Source: an uncultured virus (IMG/VR IMGVR_UViG_3300045180_000051)
Lineage: Duplodnaviria; Heunggongvirae; Uroviricota; Caudoviricetes
Direction: 5' to 3' (one strand)
IMG/VR virus record: IMGVR_UViG_3300045180_000051
Length of the DNA: 64,000 nt
The notes below the pieces were generated by a model. The model was not told the DNA's origin. It searched no databases and worked only from the letters and a program-made list of their open reading frames with translations. Below, one piece after another: positions 26,817-36,092 of this stretch (positions are counted from its first letter, which is position 1; every line of letters starts with the position of its first letter). The position numbers and the translations under genes were made by a program.

Positions 26817-28994
26817 ATGCATACTAACATCACATCCGTCGTCGAAGAAGACCCAATGCTCGATGTTGCGCTGTCGTATCAGGCGCAAAACTGGCCAGTC
26901 TTTCCTTGCCGCCATCGCGACGATGAATATGTCGATCAGGACGGTTGTATTGAAATCCTCGCCACCAAGACTCCGCTCACGAGCAACGGGTTCCGCGGCG
27001 CGACGCTAAACGAGCGCATCGTGCGGGAATACTGGCGCCGCAATCCATCAGCTATGATCGGCGTACCAACCGGTGCGCCTATTGGTGCATGGGTTCTTGA
27101 TATAGATCCGAAACACGGCGGCGACGAAACGCTGGCAGCACTTGAATTAGCGCACGGCGCGCTTCCAGCAACACTGACCGCCGAAACCACGAGCGGCGGC
27201 CGTCACTACTTCTTTCGTCATCGTCAGGGTGTTCGCAACCGCGGCGCGCTTGGCTCCGGTGTCGACGTTCGTGGTGACGGGGGGTATGTCATTGCGGCCG
27301 GGAGCGTGCCGGAGGTTGGCCTGCCTTATCGCTGGATATCAGACCAAGAGCCGGTTGACGCGCCAGACTGGCTGCTGGAGCTGGTGCTGCCCCGCTCATA
27401 TGAGAGCACTTACACCACGGCACCGTCTGTGAGCGGCAAGATTAACGATCGTTATGTCGAGCGTGCAGTTCAATCCGAACTGGACGATCTTGCGCTTGAA
27501 CCGATGGGCAACCGCAACAACCGGCTGAACGACGCCGCGTTCCGCTTGGGCACATTCGTCGGGGCTGGTGCCCTGGCTGAATCCGAAGCGCGCGCTCTGC
27601 TGCAGGATGTGGCAAGAGGCTGGGGCCGAGATTGGCCGCGCTGCGTCAAGACCATCGATAACGGCCTTGCTGCTGGTGCCCGCAGCCCACGTAGCGTGCC
27701 GCAGAATGATAACGACAACACGCGTCTGGTCGATATCAGCCGCATGATTGCCAATGGCTTGGCGAAAGCGGAGGCGCGCACTGACGTTATTACCGAGCAA
27801 GTTGCGGACTTCGATGAGAATATTAGCAATAGTGAACAAGCCACTGAAAATAAACGCGCAATCATTGCAACGCCGTTCGTCTGGAAGGACCCTGCGACGC
27901 TCCCACGGCGCGAGTTTGCGTTCGGTAAGCACTTCATTCGCAAGTATGTTTCGGTGACAGTCGCGCCGGGTGGTCTTGGCAAAACTGCGAACAGCATCGT
28001 CGAGGCGCTGGCCATGGCTTCGGGTAAAGCGCTCAATGGCACGAAGCCTCCGAAGCGCCTGAAGGTCTGGTTGTTTAATGCCGAAGATCCGCGCGACGAG
28101 CTCGAGCGCCGTATCATGGCCGCTTGTATTCATTTCAATCTTAAGCCAGCGGATATCGATGGGCATCTCTTTCTAGACACAGGCCGCGAGCAAGAATTGG
28201 TCATTGCGATCGATGACAAGAAAGGCGTGCGGATTCAGGAGCCAGTTGTTGAAGCTGTCGTTGAAACGATCTCTGAACTTGGCATTGACGTGATGATTGT
28301 TGACCCGTTCGTGTCGACGCACCAGGTCAATGAAAACGACAACGGCGCAATCGACAAGGTGGCCAAGCTTTGGGCGCAGGTCGCTGACCGGACGAATTGC
28401 TCTATCGATATCGTGCATCATTTGCGTAAGGTGAGCGATCGTGAAGCGACGGTTGAAGATGCTCGCGGCGCGGTCTCTCTTATCGGTGCGGCACGTTCGG
28501 TGCGGGTGCTTAACCGCATGTCGGAAGCGCAAGCCAGTGAGGCTGGCCTTACACACGAAGCGCGCTTCTCATATTTCAGCGTGGTCTATGGCAAATCTAA
28601 TTTGTCAGCACTTTCGCACAAGGCTGACTGGCGGAAGCTGGAAAGTGTCGCTCTGGGGAACGGGCAGGGCCTGACCAAGCCTCAAGACCATGCGCCAGTC
28701 GTGACGTCATGGGCATGGCCGACGAGCGAGGAAGTTGCTGAAACACTGACCGAAGACGAACGCGACGCAATACGAGGGGTTGTGAACGGCGGTATGTACA
28801 AGCCGGCACCGCAGGCCAAGGATTGGGTAGGGCGTGCCGTGGCGTATGCACTGCAGCTGGACGTCGACGAAGAGACAGACAAGAAGCGTGTCGGCATGAT
28901 CACCAAGGCGCTGTTCGCGGAGGGCTTCCTCATGAAGGTGGAAGACCGCGACCCTGTTCAGCGCAGGGCGACGACGTTTGTTCGAGCGATGTAA
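26817..28994 (+). CDS. Prim-Pol primase-polymerase fused to an AAA_25 (RepA-like) helicase
   Basis: WPVFPC, VLDID, TTSGGRHYFF, DVRGDGGYV; APGGLGKT, IVDP, IVHH, ARGA. Confidence 0.9.
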   Translation: MHTNITSVVEEDPMLDVALSYQAQNWPVFPCRHRDDEYVDQDGCIEILATKTPLTSNGFRGATLNERIVREYWRRNPSAMIGVPTGAPIGAWVLDIDPKHGGDETLAALELAHGALPATLTAETTSGGRHYFFRHRQGVRNRGALGSGVDVRGDGGYVIAAGSVPEVGLPYRWISDQEPVDAPDWLLELVLPRSYESTYTTAPSVSGKINDRYVERAVQSELDDLALEPMGNRNNRLNDAAFRLGTFVGAGALAESEARALLQDVARGWGRDWPRCVKTIDNGLAAGARSPRSVPQNDNDNTRLVDISRMIANGLAKAEARTDVITEQVADFDENISNSEQATENKRAIIATPFVWKDPATLPRREFAFGKHFIRKYVSVTVAPGGLGKTANSIVEALAMASGKALNGTKPPKRLKVWLFNAEDPRDELERRIMAACIHFNLKPADIDGHLFLDTGREQELVIAIDDKKGVRIQEPVVEAVVETISELGIDVMIVDPFVSTHQVNENDNGAIDKVAKLWAQVADRTNCSIDIVHHLRKVSDREATVEDARGAVSLIGAARSVRVLNRMSEAQASEAGLTHEARFSYFSVVYGKSNLSALSHKADWRKLESVALGNGQGLTKPQDHAPVVTSWAWPTSEEVAETLTEDERDAIRGVVNGGMYKPAPQAKDWVGRAVAYALQLDVDEETDKKRVGMITKALFAEGFLMKVEDRDPVQRRATTFVRAM

Positions 28995-29000
28995 GAAGGC

Positions 29001-29025
29001 AAGCGGGGCTTAGGCTCCGCTTTTT
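29001..29025 (+). terminator. Intrinsic terminator
   Basis: AAGCGGGGC-ttag-GCTCCGCTTTTT. Confidence 0.7.
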
Positions 29026-29073
29026 GCGTTTACTCAACATTAACTATGTAATTTTCTGATTATTGGAGAGTCT

Positions 29074-29490
29074 ATGAGTATGAATGGTTTAAGCTGGGCG
29101 TCTATTCGACAGATGGTTGCACCAGCCGTTAAGGCGAAAACTAACGGGAAATGCTATTACTGTGGCGTCAATCTTGATGGCGTATTTGACGTTGAGCACT
29201 TGGTTCCACAAGCCAGAGGCGGCACCCATGCGCTTAAGAACCTTGTTCCATCATGCAAACCGTGTAACAGCGAAAAAGGGGCAAAATCTCTCGAAGATTG
29301 GCGCGATTACAAGCATATGCTGATTGCATGTCGAGACTTCCGCTTACCATCTTTCAATGCTCGCCAAGTGTCATGGCTACGCTCCCAAGGGTTCGAACCA
29401 TATGAGTCGGTTCCTAAACCAACATTCTGGTTCGAAATGGAGCGGGCTGCTCACAACGATAACGGTCCATTGTCAGAAATTGCAGCTTAA
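29074..29490 (+). CDS. HNH endonuclease
   Basis: CYYCG...VEHLVP..RGG...NLVPSCKPCN. Confidence 0.85.
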   Translation: MSMNGLSWASIRQMVAPAVKAKTNGKCYYCGVNLDGVFDVEHLVPQARGGTHALKNLVPSCKPCNSEKGAKSLEDWRDYKHMLIACRDFRLPSFNARQVSWLRSQGFEPYESVPKPTFWFEMERAAHNDNGPLSEIAA

Positions 29491-29524
29491 AATGCAACCT
29501 GCTGTCACAATACAAATACAACTA

Positions 29525-29700
29525 AAAGTTTGCGTAAGTCTTGTTGCGTAAGTCTCAAAAAACCTAAAAAGACTTGCGCAAAAGCACGCTGCTTTTAGTG
29601 CGTAAGAGTTCTTATATAGAAACTTACGCACAAAGCGCGCAGCGCGTAGTTCTATGCGTTTGAGAACTACGCACTTTTTAGAAAATTTCCTGATTAAAAA
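29525..29700. repeat. Iteron-like repeat cluster, candidate replication origin
   Basis: TTGCGTAAGTCT at 29530 and 29544, inverted variants at ~29570 and ~29621, further variants to ~29674, AT-rich flanks. Confidence 0.6.
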
Positions 29701-29850
29701 ATACAACCTGATTTGAGGTTGGTTGAAATTATGCCGGTTGACGCTTGACCGACCTGTCACTCCCACCATGATGTGAATTGTTCCGCTACCAACGGGACAA
29801 CGCCAACGGAAGCCCACCAAGCTGACGCACCATGAACATGAGGAGAGACC

Positions 29851-30399
29851 ATGACACGAAGACGTGCGCTGAAAGGCGCGTCTATTTCCAAACCTGCGGC
29901 AAAACCAAAAGCCACGACGCAAACCGTCCGCATTAATGGCGTCCGGACAATCATCACGACACGCAATGGCAAGGTAACCACAAAAGCAGCATTGCCTCTA
30001 GAATGGGAATTGCAAGCTGCACAAGTTCGCAGCCTGCGCAGATTGCCAGAATACGTGCACACAGCGCGAGACGTGAGGCCAGGAACATTCACACTGGCCG
30101 GAGATCAGAACGCAGCCAAGCGAGGCCCCAAGGCAAGAGCCGAAGCATTAGCTGCAGGACTGACGCCGGGAGAAGCAGACGTCCGGATCTATCTCTACGG
30201 TGGTGTGCTGCGGCAGATTGAAAACAAGGTCGGCAAGGCAAAGCTCGAACCAAGCCAGATCACCCGCCATCCGTTGCTTGATGCTCTCGGTTTTCCAGTC
30301 GTGGTCGTCAGGGCTGTCACCGAAGAAGATGCAGCTGAGCAGGCAGTGAAGCTGGTTAAAGGCTGGCTGAGTGAAAACGCGACATACCAAGCCGCGTAA
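29851..30399 (+). CDS. VRR-NUC-like nuclease
   Basis: EWELQ...GLTPGEADV...IENKVG...SQ. Confidence 0.7.
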   Translation: MTRRRALKGASISKPAAKPKATTQTVRINGVRTIITTRNGKVTTKAALPLEWELQAAQVRSLRRLPEYVHTARDVRPGTFTLAGDQNAAKRGPKARAEALAAGLTPGEADVRIYLYGGVLRQIENKVGKAKLEPSQITRHPLLDALGFPVVVVRAVTEEDAAEQAVKLVKGWLSENATYQAA

Positions 30400-30427
30400 G
30401 TGACGAACCAAACACGAGGAGAATTTT

Positions 30428-30793
30428 ATGATCGTAGCAAATGATAATTTACCAGAAAGCGTAACCATCATCGGGTCGATGGATGTGGTGAAATCGTCAG
30501 AAATTGAGGAATATTTCTCTAAAAAATATGGTGAGCCGCGTGGAGGTTATTTCATCAAGGTAAAAGGGGCAGACGGAAAAAGATACGCCGTCGCAGCCAA
30601 GTGTCAGTTTACGGAAGAGGTCACCGACGATGGTGAAAAATTCATAGACCGTGATGGGTGGGCTGTGGAGTGGCATGATTCAGAACGTTCAGCGGCCAAA
30701 ACCCTGAAAGAAGGGTGGAAGTACGCAGACAAAGAAACTGAATGCTGCGACGAAGAGACGGAATACGAGAGCTTTGATGAGGATGCAGCATGA
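30428..30793 (+). CDS. Acidic hypothetical protein
   Basis: ACACGAGGAG RBS; N-terminal ANDN, C-terminal AA. Confidence 0.65.
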   Translation: MIVANDNLPESVTIIGSMDVVKSSEIEEYFSKKYGEPRGGYFIKVKGADGKRYAVAAKCQFTEEVTDDGEKFIDRDGWAVEWHDSERSAAKTLKEGWKYADKETECCDEETEYESFDEDAA

Positions 30794-31707
30794 GCAAGTC
30801 CAGCCGTCATGGATCTATCGCAGAACAGCTTAAAGCTCTAATGGCTTATCGCAATCGTCCTGAAGAAGAATATGAGCCGATGCAGACGAACTGGTCAGTC
30901 ACTCCATCTGCGAATGACAACGATCCTGAAGAAGTTGCTGACATGGGATTCGAGCGTAAACGCCTTGTCACCCCCTCGGTGCAGGCCATCATGGAAAGTG
31001 TTGCGTCTGGCGAATTAGAAACAAACGACCGAGGTCAGACAGTAAGGATAGGTCGCCTGCGTTTCAGTGACGGCCACCAAACCGAGGTTGGTTACGTTCT
31101 GGGCATCGATGGTGACGTAATTCAGGCAGATATTCGGATGCCGACGGGTTCAATGCTTGGCTGTCGTGACAAAACGGACGTTCAGTCAGGTGGTGGCGAT
31201 GATCCACGGCAGATCGTTGACAGCAATCACTATTTTGCCGCCACGCTCGATACTCAGCCACCCCGTTACATTCCAAACGGCAAGCGCCGCAATGGTCAGA
31301 GTTTCACCGCCGAGCAATCAGCAAAGGCTTTGGCTGAGGCCTACGCTAACACAGATATGTCCAAGGTTACCTACACTCGGTATCCGAAAGGACTGCCGTG
31401 CGGGTCGCCAAAGATCGCTGATAGCTTCCTTGGTATGCGCAAGACAACTTGTGCTGGTGGTGGCGGTGAAAAGTGGGAGGACACACTCACTGCAATGATT
31501 GAGCGCGATGTGTGGTTTGATGCTCTTCAAGAGTTGAAGGACAGGGATCGAGAGGTATTGGAAGCAGCGCTTGAAGCCAAGACCTATACTGATGTTGGCC
31601 GTTCAGCTGGCATGTCCGAGGAATACTCTCGTCGAAAAGGGGGTAGGCGAGCTTTGCTGTCTGCAAACGATAATTTGGCAGCCGCAATCAAAAAATACGC
31701 AGCCTAG
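30790..31707 (+). CDS. Hypothetical protein, possible late-gene regulator (C-terminal sigma-r4-like HTH)
   Basis: LQELKDRDREVL...TYTDVGRSAGMS; last gene before the late region. Confidence 0.55.
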   Translation: MSKSSRHGSIAEQLKALMAYRNRPEEEYEPMQTNWSVTPSANDNDPEEVADMGFERKRLVTPSVQAIMESVASGELETNDRGQTVRIGRLRFSDGHQTEVGYVLGIDGDVIQADIRMPTGSMLGCRDKTDVQSGGGDDPRQIVDSNHYFAATLDTQPPRYIPNGKRRNGQSFTAEQSAKALAEAYANTDMSKVTYTRYPKGLPCGSPKIADSFLGMRKTTCAGGGGEKWEDTLTAMIERDVWFDALQELKDRDREVLEAALEAKTYTDVGRSAGMSEEYSRRKGGRRALLSANDNLAAAIKKYAA

Positions 31708-32041
31708 GTCCATATTTCGTGATCTCACGGAGAGTATAGTGAAGGGGTTCAACCGCTATGCGGTTGCCCCACACTGTTCCGTGCGCAATGGCGACGGACC
31801 CGAAGACATGCTGCAGTAAGGTGCAGTCTCTGAGCTTCGGGTAACTACCCGACGACGGTATTCAGTCGTCAATCTGAAAAGCAAGCGCAGTCCCCTGCAG
31901 TCATTGGCGCGCAGACATAGGCAGTGCACGCCTGCATTGCGCTTGCCAATCTATTCAAATCCCCGGCGCCGTTTCTCCTCCGGCAGACGGGATACGGCGG
32001 GTTGAGCTCATTCCTGTGGGTTCCCCGCCGATCATTTTCAT

Positions 32042-32117
32042 CTGGGTGTAGCTCAGTTGGTAGAGCGCTCGGCTTGGGTCCGAGAGGTCGCAGGTTCAAA
32101 TCCTGCCACCTTGACCA
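32042..32117 (+). tRNA. Phage tRNA-Pro(UGG), acceptor-stem mismatch
   Basis: Cloverleaf with CTCGG-CTTGGGT-CCGAG anticodon arm, TTCAAAT, ACCA. Confidence 0.85.
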
Positions 32118-32137
32118 GTTTCATTAAGGACAATCAA

Positions 32138-32214
32138 TGCGGAGTGGAGAAGTGGTCATCTCGCTTGGCTCATAACCAAGAGATCGTCGGTTCGAATCCG
32201 ACCTGCCGCAACCA
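32138..32214 (+). tRNA. Phage tRNA-Met(CAU), fMet-like, bulged acceptor stem
   Basis: CTTGG-CTCATAA-CCAAG anticodon arm, TTCGAAT, ACCA. Confidence 0.8.
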
Positions 32215-32305
32215 AACAAGACCAGCAACGCCTTCTGCCGCCACGATATATTGTGGGTTAAGTGCAGGCGCACCCAAGCTGGTTACTATCGTGAGGAGTA
32301 ATTCC

Positions 32306-32482
32306 ATGTTTGATCGTCTATTCCGAATTGCCACGGACGTTGTGACGACTCCCGTCGCCGTTGTGGCCGACGTCGTTACGTTGGGTGGGTTGATCAATGA
32401 TCGTGACGAGCCATATACGCTTACGAAGGCTCGCCGCATTGGCAGCGACACAGCTAAGATCGTAGACAAGCTGGCGTCGTGA
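32306..32482 (+). CDS. Small conserved phage protein (PVAVVADVVTLGG)
   Basis: GAGGAG RBS. Confidence 0.6.
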   Translation: MFDRLFRIATDVVTTPVAVVADVVTLGGLINDRDEPYTLTKARRIGSDTAKIVDKLAS

Positions 32483-32766
32483 CACAGCGCACATGGGTTC
32501 ACCTCTATAAGACTGCCAGATGGCAGCGAATGCGTGAGCGACAACTGACTGACCAACCGCTCTGCATGTTCTGCCTGCATGTTGGTGACGTAGAACCGGC
32601 GACGGTTTGCGATCATGTCATCGCTCATAAGGGCGACGAGTTCCTCTTCTGGGATGCAGGCAACCTCCAGTCGCTTTGCAAGACGTGCCACGACCGAACC
32701 AAGCAGCGCTTGGAGCGAGGTCAGGACATCGTGACCTTTGGGGCCGACGGATGGCCGGTAGATTAA
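32479..32766 (+). CDS. Terminase-associated HNH endonuclease (HK97 gp74-like)
   Basis: PLCMFC...ATVCDH...NLQSLCKTCHD; upstream of terS. Confidence 0.85.
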   Translation: MTQRTWVHLYKTARWQRMRERQLTDQPLCMFCLHVGDVEPATVCDHVIAHKGDEFLFWDAGNLQSLCKTCHDRTKQRLERGQDIVTFGADGWPVD

Positions 32767-32862
32767 CCATGCAATTCTCGACCTCTTGCATGGTTAGGCG
32801 GGTGAGCTCCGGCTCCCCGCCAATTCACATGAGGTCGTCAAGGAGTCGAGACCTTGAGCATT

Positions 32863-33729
32863 ATGAATTCCTTAGATTGGCAACAGCCAGCAAACGACAA
32901 TAACAGTGCTTGTATGCAGTGCGGCATCGAGATCAATGGCCCAAAGACGAAGCTATATTGCGGTAAGGCGTGCTCATCAAAGGCAAAGCGTATCCGTGAT
33001 AAAGCCTTAGGGAAGGCGCACAATGATGGAGCGCCTGATCACATATGCGAGGAGTGTGGATCAGTCTTTCAACGCAGAAAAGACAGCCATAATGTTGCAA
33101 GGTTCTGTTCTAGATCATGTGGATTTGCTGCTCAGTCGAACTTAAATGCCAAGCAGCGACACGCCGAAACAATTAAATCGTTCAAAGTTTCCTATACTGT
33201 AAAGCGCAGTATTTGCCTTGAATGCGGATTGAGATTTCAAGCCGACATTCTATCTCAATCGATATGTTCAGATGCGTGCCGTGATGCGCGTACTAAGTTT
33301 CAGTCACAGCAAGCGCAGGCATCGAAGTCCGACATTGATCGCTCTGAAAGAGTTTGCCCAGAGTGCTCGATAATATTCGCACCAGTGTACGGAAGGGCCC
33401 ATTCGCGGTTTTGCACAGATGCATGCTCGCAGAAGAACTTACGGAGAAAAGGTAGCGCTAAGCGCAGAGCACGCATGAAGGGTGTGGCAAATGATAACTT
33501 CGATCCTATTGAGATCCTGTCTCGAGATGGATGGAAGTGTCAGATGTGCGGTGTAAAAACACCTAAGCGCTTACGCGGAACAACCGATCCTCGTGCGCCA
33601 GAGCTGGATCACATCATACCGATTTCTCTTGGCGGTGACCATACCCGCATTAACACTCAGTGTTCGTGCAGACAATGCAACGGAAACAAAGGTGCATCAC
33701 TTCTCGGTCAACTTCGATTGTTTGGCTAG
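32863..33729 (+). CDS. HNH endonuclease with repeated CxxC...(F/Y)CSxxC zinc modules
   Basis: Four Cys modules plus RDGWKCQMC...LDHIIP...CRQCN; ends QLRLFG. Confidence 0.8.
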   Translation: MNSLDWQQPANDNNSACMQCGIEINGPKTKLYCGKACSSKAKRIRDKALGKAHNDGAPDHICEECGSVFQRRKDSHNVARFCSRSCGFAAQSNLNAKQRHAETIKSFKVSYTVKRSICLECGLRFQADILSQSICSDACRDARTKFQSQQAQASKSDIDRSERVCPECSIIFAPVYGRAHSRFCTDACSQKNLRRKGSAKRRARMKGVANDNFDPIEILSRDGWKCQMCGVKTPKRLRGTTDPRAPELDHIIPISLGGDHTRINTQCSCRQCNGNKGASLLGQLRLFG

Positions 33730-33833
33730 GGGGTATATTGCAACTCGTCAGCTTTCGATTCCAACGGAACGGCGAGGGTCCATCGCGCACGCATCCACAA
33801 TTCAAAATATGACCCCTCTAAAGGATTTATGCC

Positions 33834-34220
33834 ATGGCGAGGCCAAGAACGCCTCGCGCCAAGGCGGCAGTAGAGGCAAGTGATAAAAAAAACCCGCAGC
33901 GCTTCAAAAACCGCACCGACGCCAAGGCCGATGGCCCGCTCGGCAATCCTCCCGCATGGTTGAAGGATACGCCGGAGCTAAAAGCCAAGGCTGCATGGAA
34001 GCTGTTTGAAAAAGAGCTGCCGTGGCTGAACCAGTCGCACCGCACGTTGGTCGGTATGGCGGCAAATATTCAGGGCCGCATCATGGCTGGGCAAGAAGTT
34101 GGCGTGCAGGCGATGAACTTGCTGCGTCAGATGCTTGGCCAGATGGGTGCAACGCCTGCGGACGCATCGAAAGTTGCGACTGGCGACGACGGCGATGAGA
34201 AGGATGATCTGCTTGACTGA
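33834..34220 (+). CDS. terS: Terminase small subunit
   Basis: MARPRTP, PPAWL, GATPADASKV; directly before terL. Confidence 0.8.
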   Translation: MARPRTPRAKAAVEASDKKNPQRFKNRTDAKADGPLGNPPAWLKDTPELKAKAAWKLFEKELPWLNQSHRTLVGMAANIQGRIMAGQEVGVQAMNLLRQMLGQMGATPADASKVATGDDGDEKDDLLD

Positions 34221-34221
34221 T

Positions 34222-36075
34222 ATGCCTGCGCTGGAGCGTGTGAGCGCTTACGCGCAAGCTGTCATTGACGGCACTGAGATTGCAGGCCCGCACGTTCGGA
34301 ACGCTTGCCAGCGTCATTTCGACGATTTGGCTACCGGTCATGAGCGCGGGCTCTGGTTTGACGATGAGGAAGCGGATCGTGTGTTTCGCTTCTTCGAAGA
34401 GCGATTGAAGCTCTCAGAAGGCCAGTTCGAAGGTAAGCCATTTAAACTGCATGCCTCACAGGCCTTCAAGCTCGGTTCGTTGTTCGGTTGGAAGCGTGAA
34501 GACGGTTCCCGCCGTTTTCGTCGTGCTTACATCGAAGAAGGCAAGGGCAACGGTAAATCTCCATTCGCTGGCGGTGTCGGCCTTTTTGGATTGATCGCCG
34601 ACAAGGAAGCGGGCGCGCAGATTTATGCGGCTGCTGCTAAGAAAGAACAGGCAGGGATTCTCTTTCAGGATGCTGTGAAAATGGCGCGGGCTGCACCTGC
34701 TTTGATGCAGCGCGTGAAGTTCAGCGGTGGTATTGGTCGCGAGTTCAATATTGCGCACCACAAATCACAATCTTTCTTCCGTCCGATCTCAAAGGATTCG
34801 GGAAAGTCGGGTTCTGGTCCACGACCGCATTTCGCGCTTTGCGACGAGGTGCACGAGCATCCAGATCGATCGACGATGGAAATGCTCGAGCGCGGCTTCA
34901 AGTTTCGTCGCCAGCCGCTGCTACTGATGATTACGAACTCTGGCAGCGACAAGAACAGCATCTGCTGGGAAGAACACGAGCACGCAGTTCGGGTTGCGGC
35001 TGGGACGCAGACGCCAGACGAGGTGTTTAATTACGTCGGTGAGGTCATCGATGACACGACCTTTGCATGGGTTTGTGCGCTCGATAAGGGTGATGACCCT
35101 CTGAACGATCCGACTTGCTGGAAGAAAGCTAATCCACTTCTCGGTGTGATTCTGACGCACGAATATCTTGCAGGCGTTGTTGCTCAGGCCAAGCAGATGC
35201 CGGGCAAGCTGAACGGCATTCTGCGTCTGCACTTTTGCTGCTGGACCGATGCCGATAAGGCATGGATGCCGCGTGAGACTGTCGAAAGCGTCATGGACGA
35301 CTTCGACCCTGAAGAGGAACACGCAGACAAGCCTGTCTTTATGGGCGTCGACCTTTCCGGCAGTAAGGATATGACTGTTCTTGCCTGTGTGATTCCTACG
35401 GGTTTCATGGAAATGGAACGTGATGACGGAGCTACCGTCAGTCTGCCGACCTTTGATGCGTGGGTTGAGGCTTGGACGCCACAGGAAACTCTGCAAGCCA
35501 GAGCGCAGGCCGACAAAGCGCCGTATGAGCTATGGGTGCAGCAAGGCTGGCTCAATGCCACGCCGGGCAAACGTGTCCGATATGACTTTGTTGCGGCACG
35601 ACTTCAGAAGCTTGATCAGAAGTTTGAAATCAAAGCCATTGCTTACGACCGCTACGCTTACGACAAGTTTCGCGAAGAGGTAGACGCGCTCGGCATTGAA
35701 GTTGATCATGTTGCACATCCGCAGGGTGGTAAGGTCAGGGCTAAGCCCGAACCATCGAAAGTTGAAGCCGCAAAAGCCGCTGGCCTGCCACCCCCGCAAG
35801 GCTTGTGGATGCCGGGCTCGGTACTGGCGCTAGAAGACATGATCATCGACGGGCGCATTCGTTTAAGGCGAAACCCGGTGTTGATGACTGCCCTCATGGG
35901 CGCCACGTTCGATCACGACCCGCAAGAAAACCGCTGGTTTGTAAAAACGAAAGCTTCGGTTCGTATCGATGCGGCGGTAGCTTTGGCGATGGCTATTGGT
36001 GCTGCGATGGACACTCCGATTGAGCCAGAAGAAAACCTCGATGACTTTATCAATAACATGGTCGTCATCGCCTAA
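34222..36075 (+). CDS. terL: Terminase large subunit
   Basis: KGNGKS Walker A, DEVHEH, GVDLS, RIDAAVA. Confidence 0.95.
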   Translation: MPALERVSAYAQAVIDGTEIAGPHVRNACQRHFDDLATGHERGLWFDDEEADRVFRFFEERLKLSEGQFEGKPFKLHASQAFKLGSLFGWKREDGSRRFRRAYIEEGKGNGKSPFAGGVGLFGLIADKEAGAQIYAAAAKKEQAGILFQDAVKMARAAPALMQRVKFSGGIGREFNIAHHKSQSFFRPISKDSGKSGSGPRPHFALCDEVHEHPDRSTMEMLERGFKFRRQPLLLMITNSGSDKNSICWEEHEHAVRVAAGTQTPDEVFNYVGEVIDDTTFAWVCALDKGDDPLNDPTCWKKANPLLGVILTHEYLAGVVAQAKQMPGKLNGILRLHFCCWTDADKAWMPRETVESVMDDFDPEEEHADKPVFMGVDLSGSKDMTVLACVIPTGFMEMERDDGATVSLPTFDAWVEAWTPQETLQARAQADKAPYELWVQQGWLNATPGKRVRYDFVAARLQKLDQKFEIKAIAYDRYAYDKFREEVDALGIEVDHVAHPQGGKVRAKPEPSKVEAAKAAGLPPPQGLWMPGSVLALEDMIIDGRIRLRRNPVLMTALMGATFDHDPQENRWFVKTKASVRIDAAVALAMAIGAAMDTPIEPEENLDDFINNMVVIA

Positions 36076-36092
36076 CTCACGACGGAGCGAAT

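Noticed and set aside
27396..28166. Long antisense ORFs in the primase (and similar ones in the MTase, capsid and tape measure genes)
   Set aside because: Typical shadows of GC-rich coding sequence; no RBS or motifs, unlike the nested sense frame at 25614
33730..33833. Exact cos site
   Set aside because: Position is plausible, but no cohesive-end sequence can be identified from sequence alone
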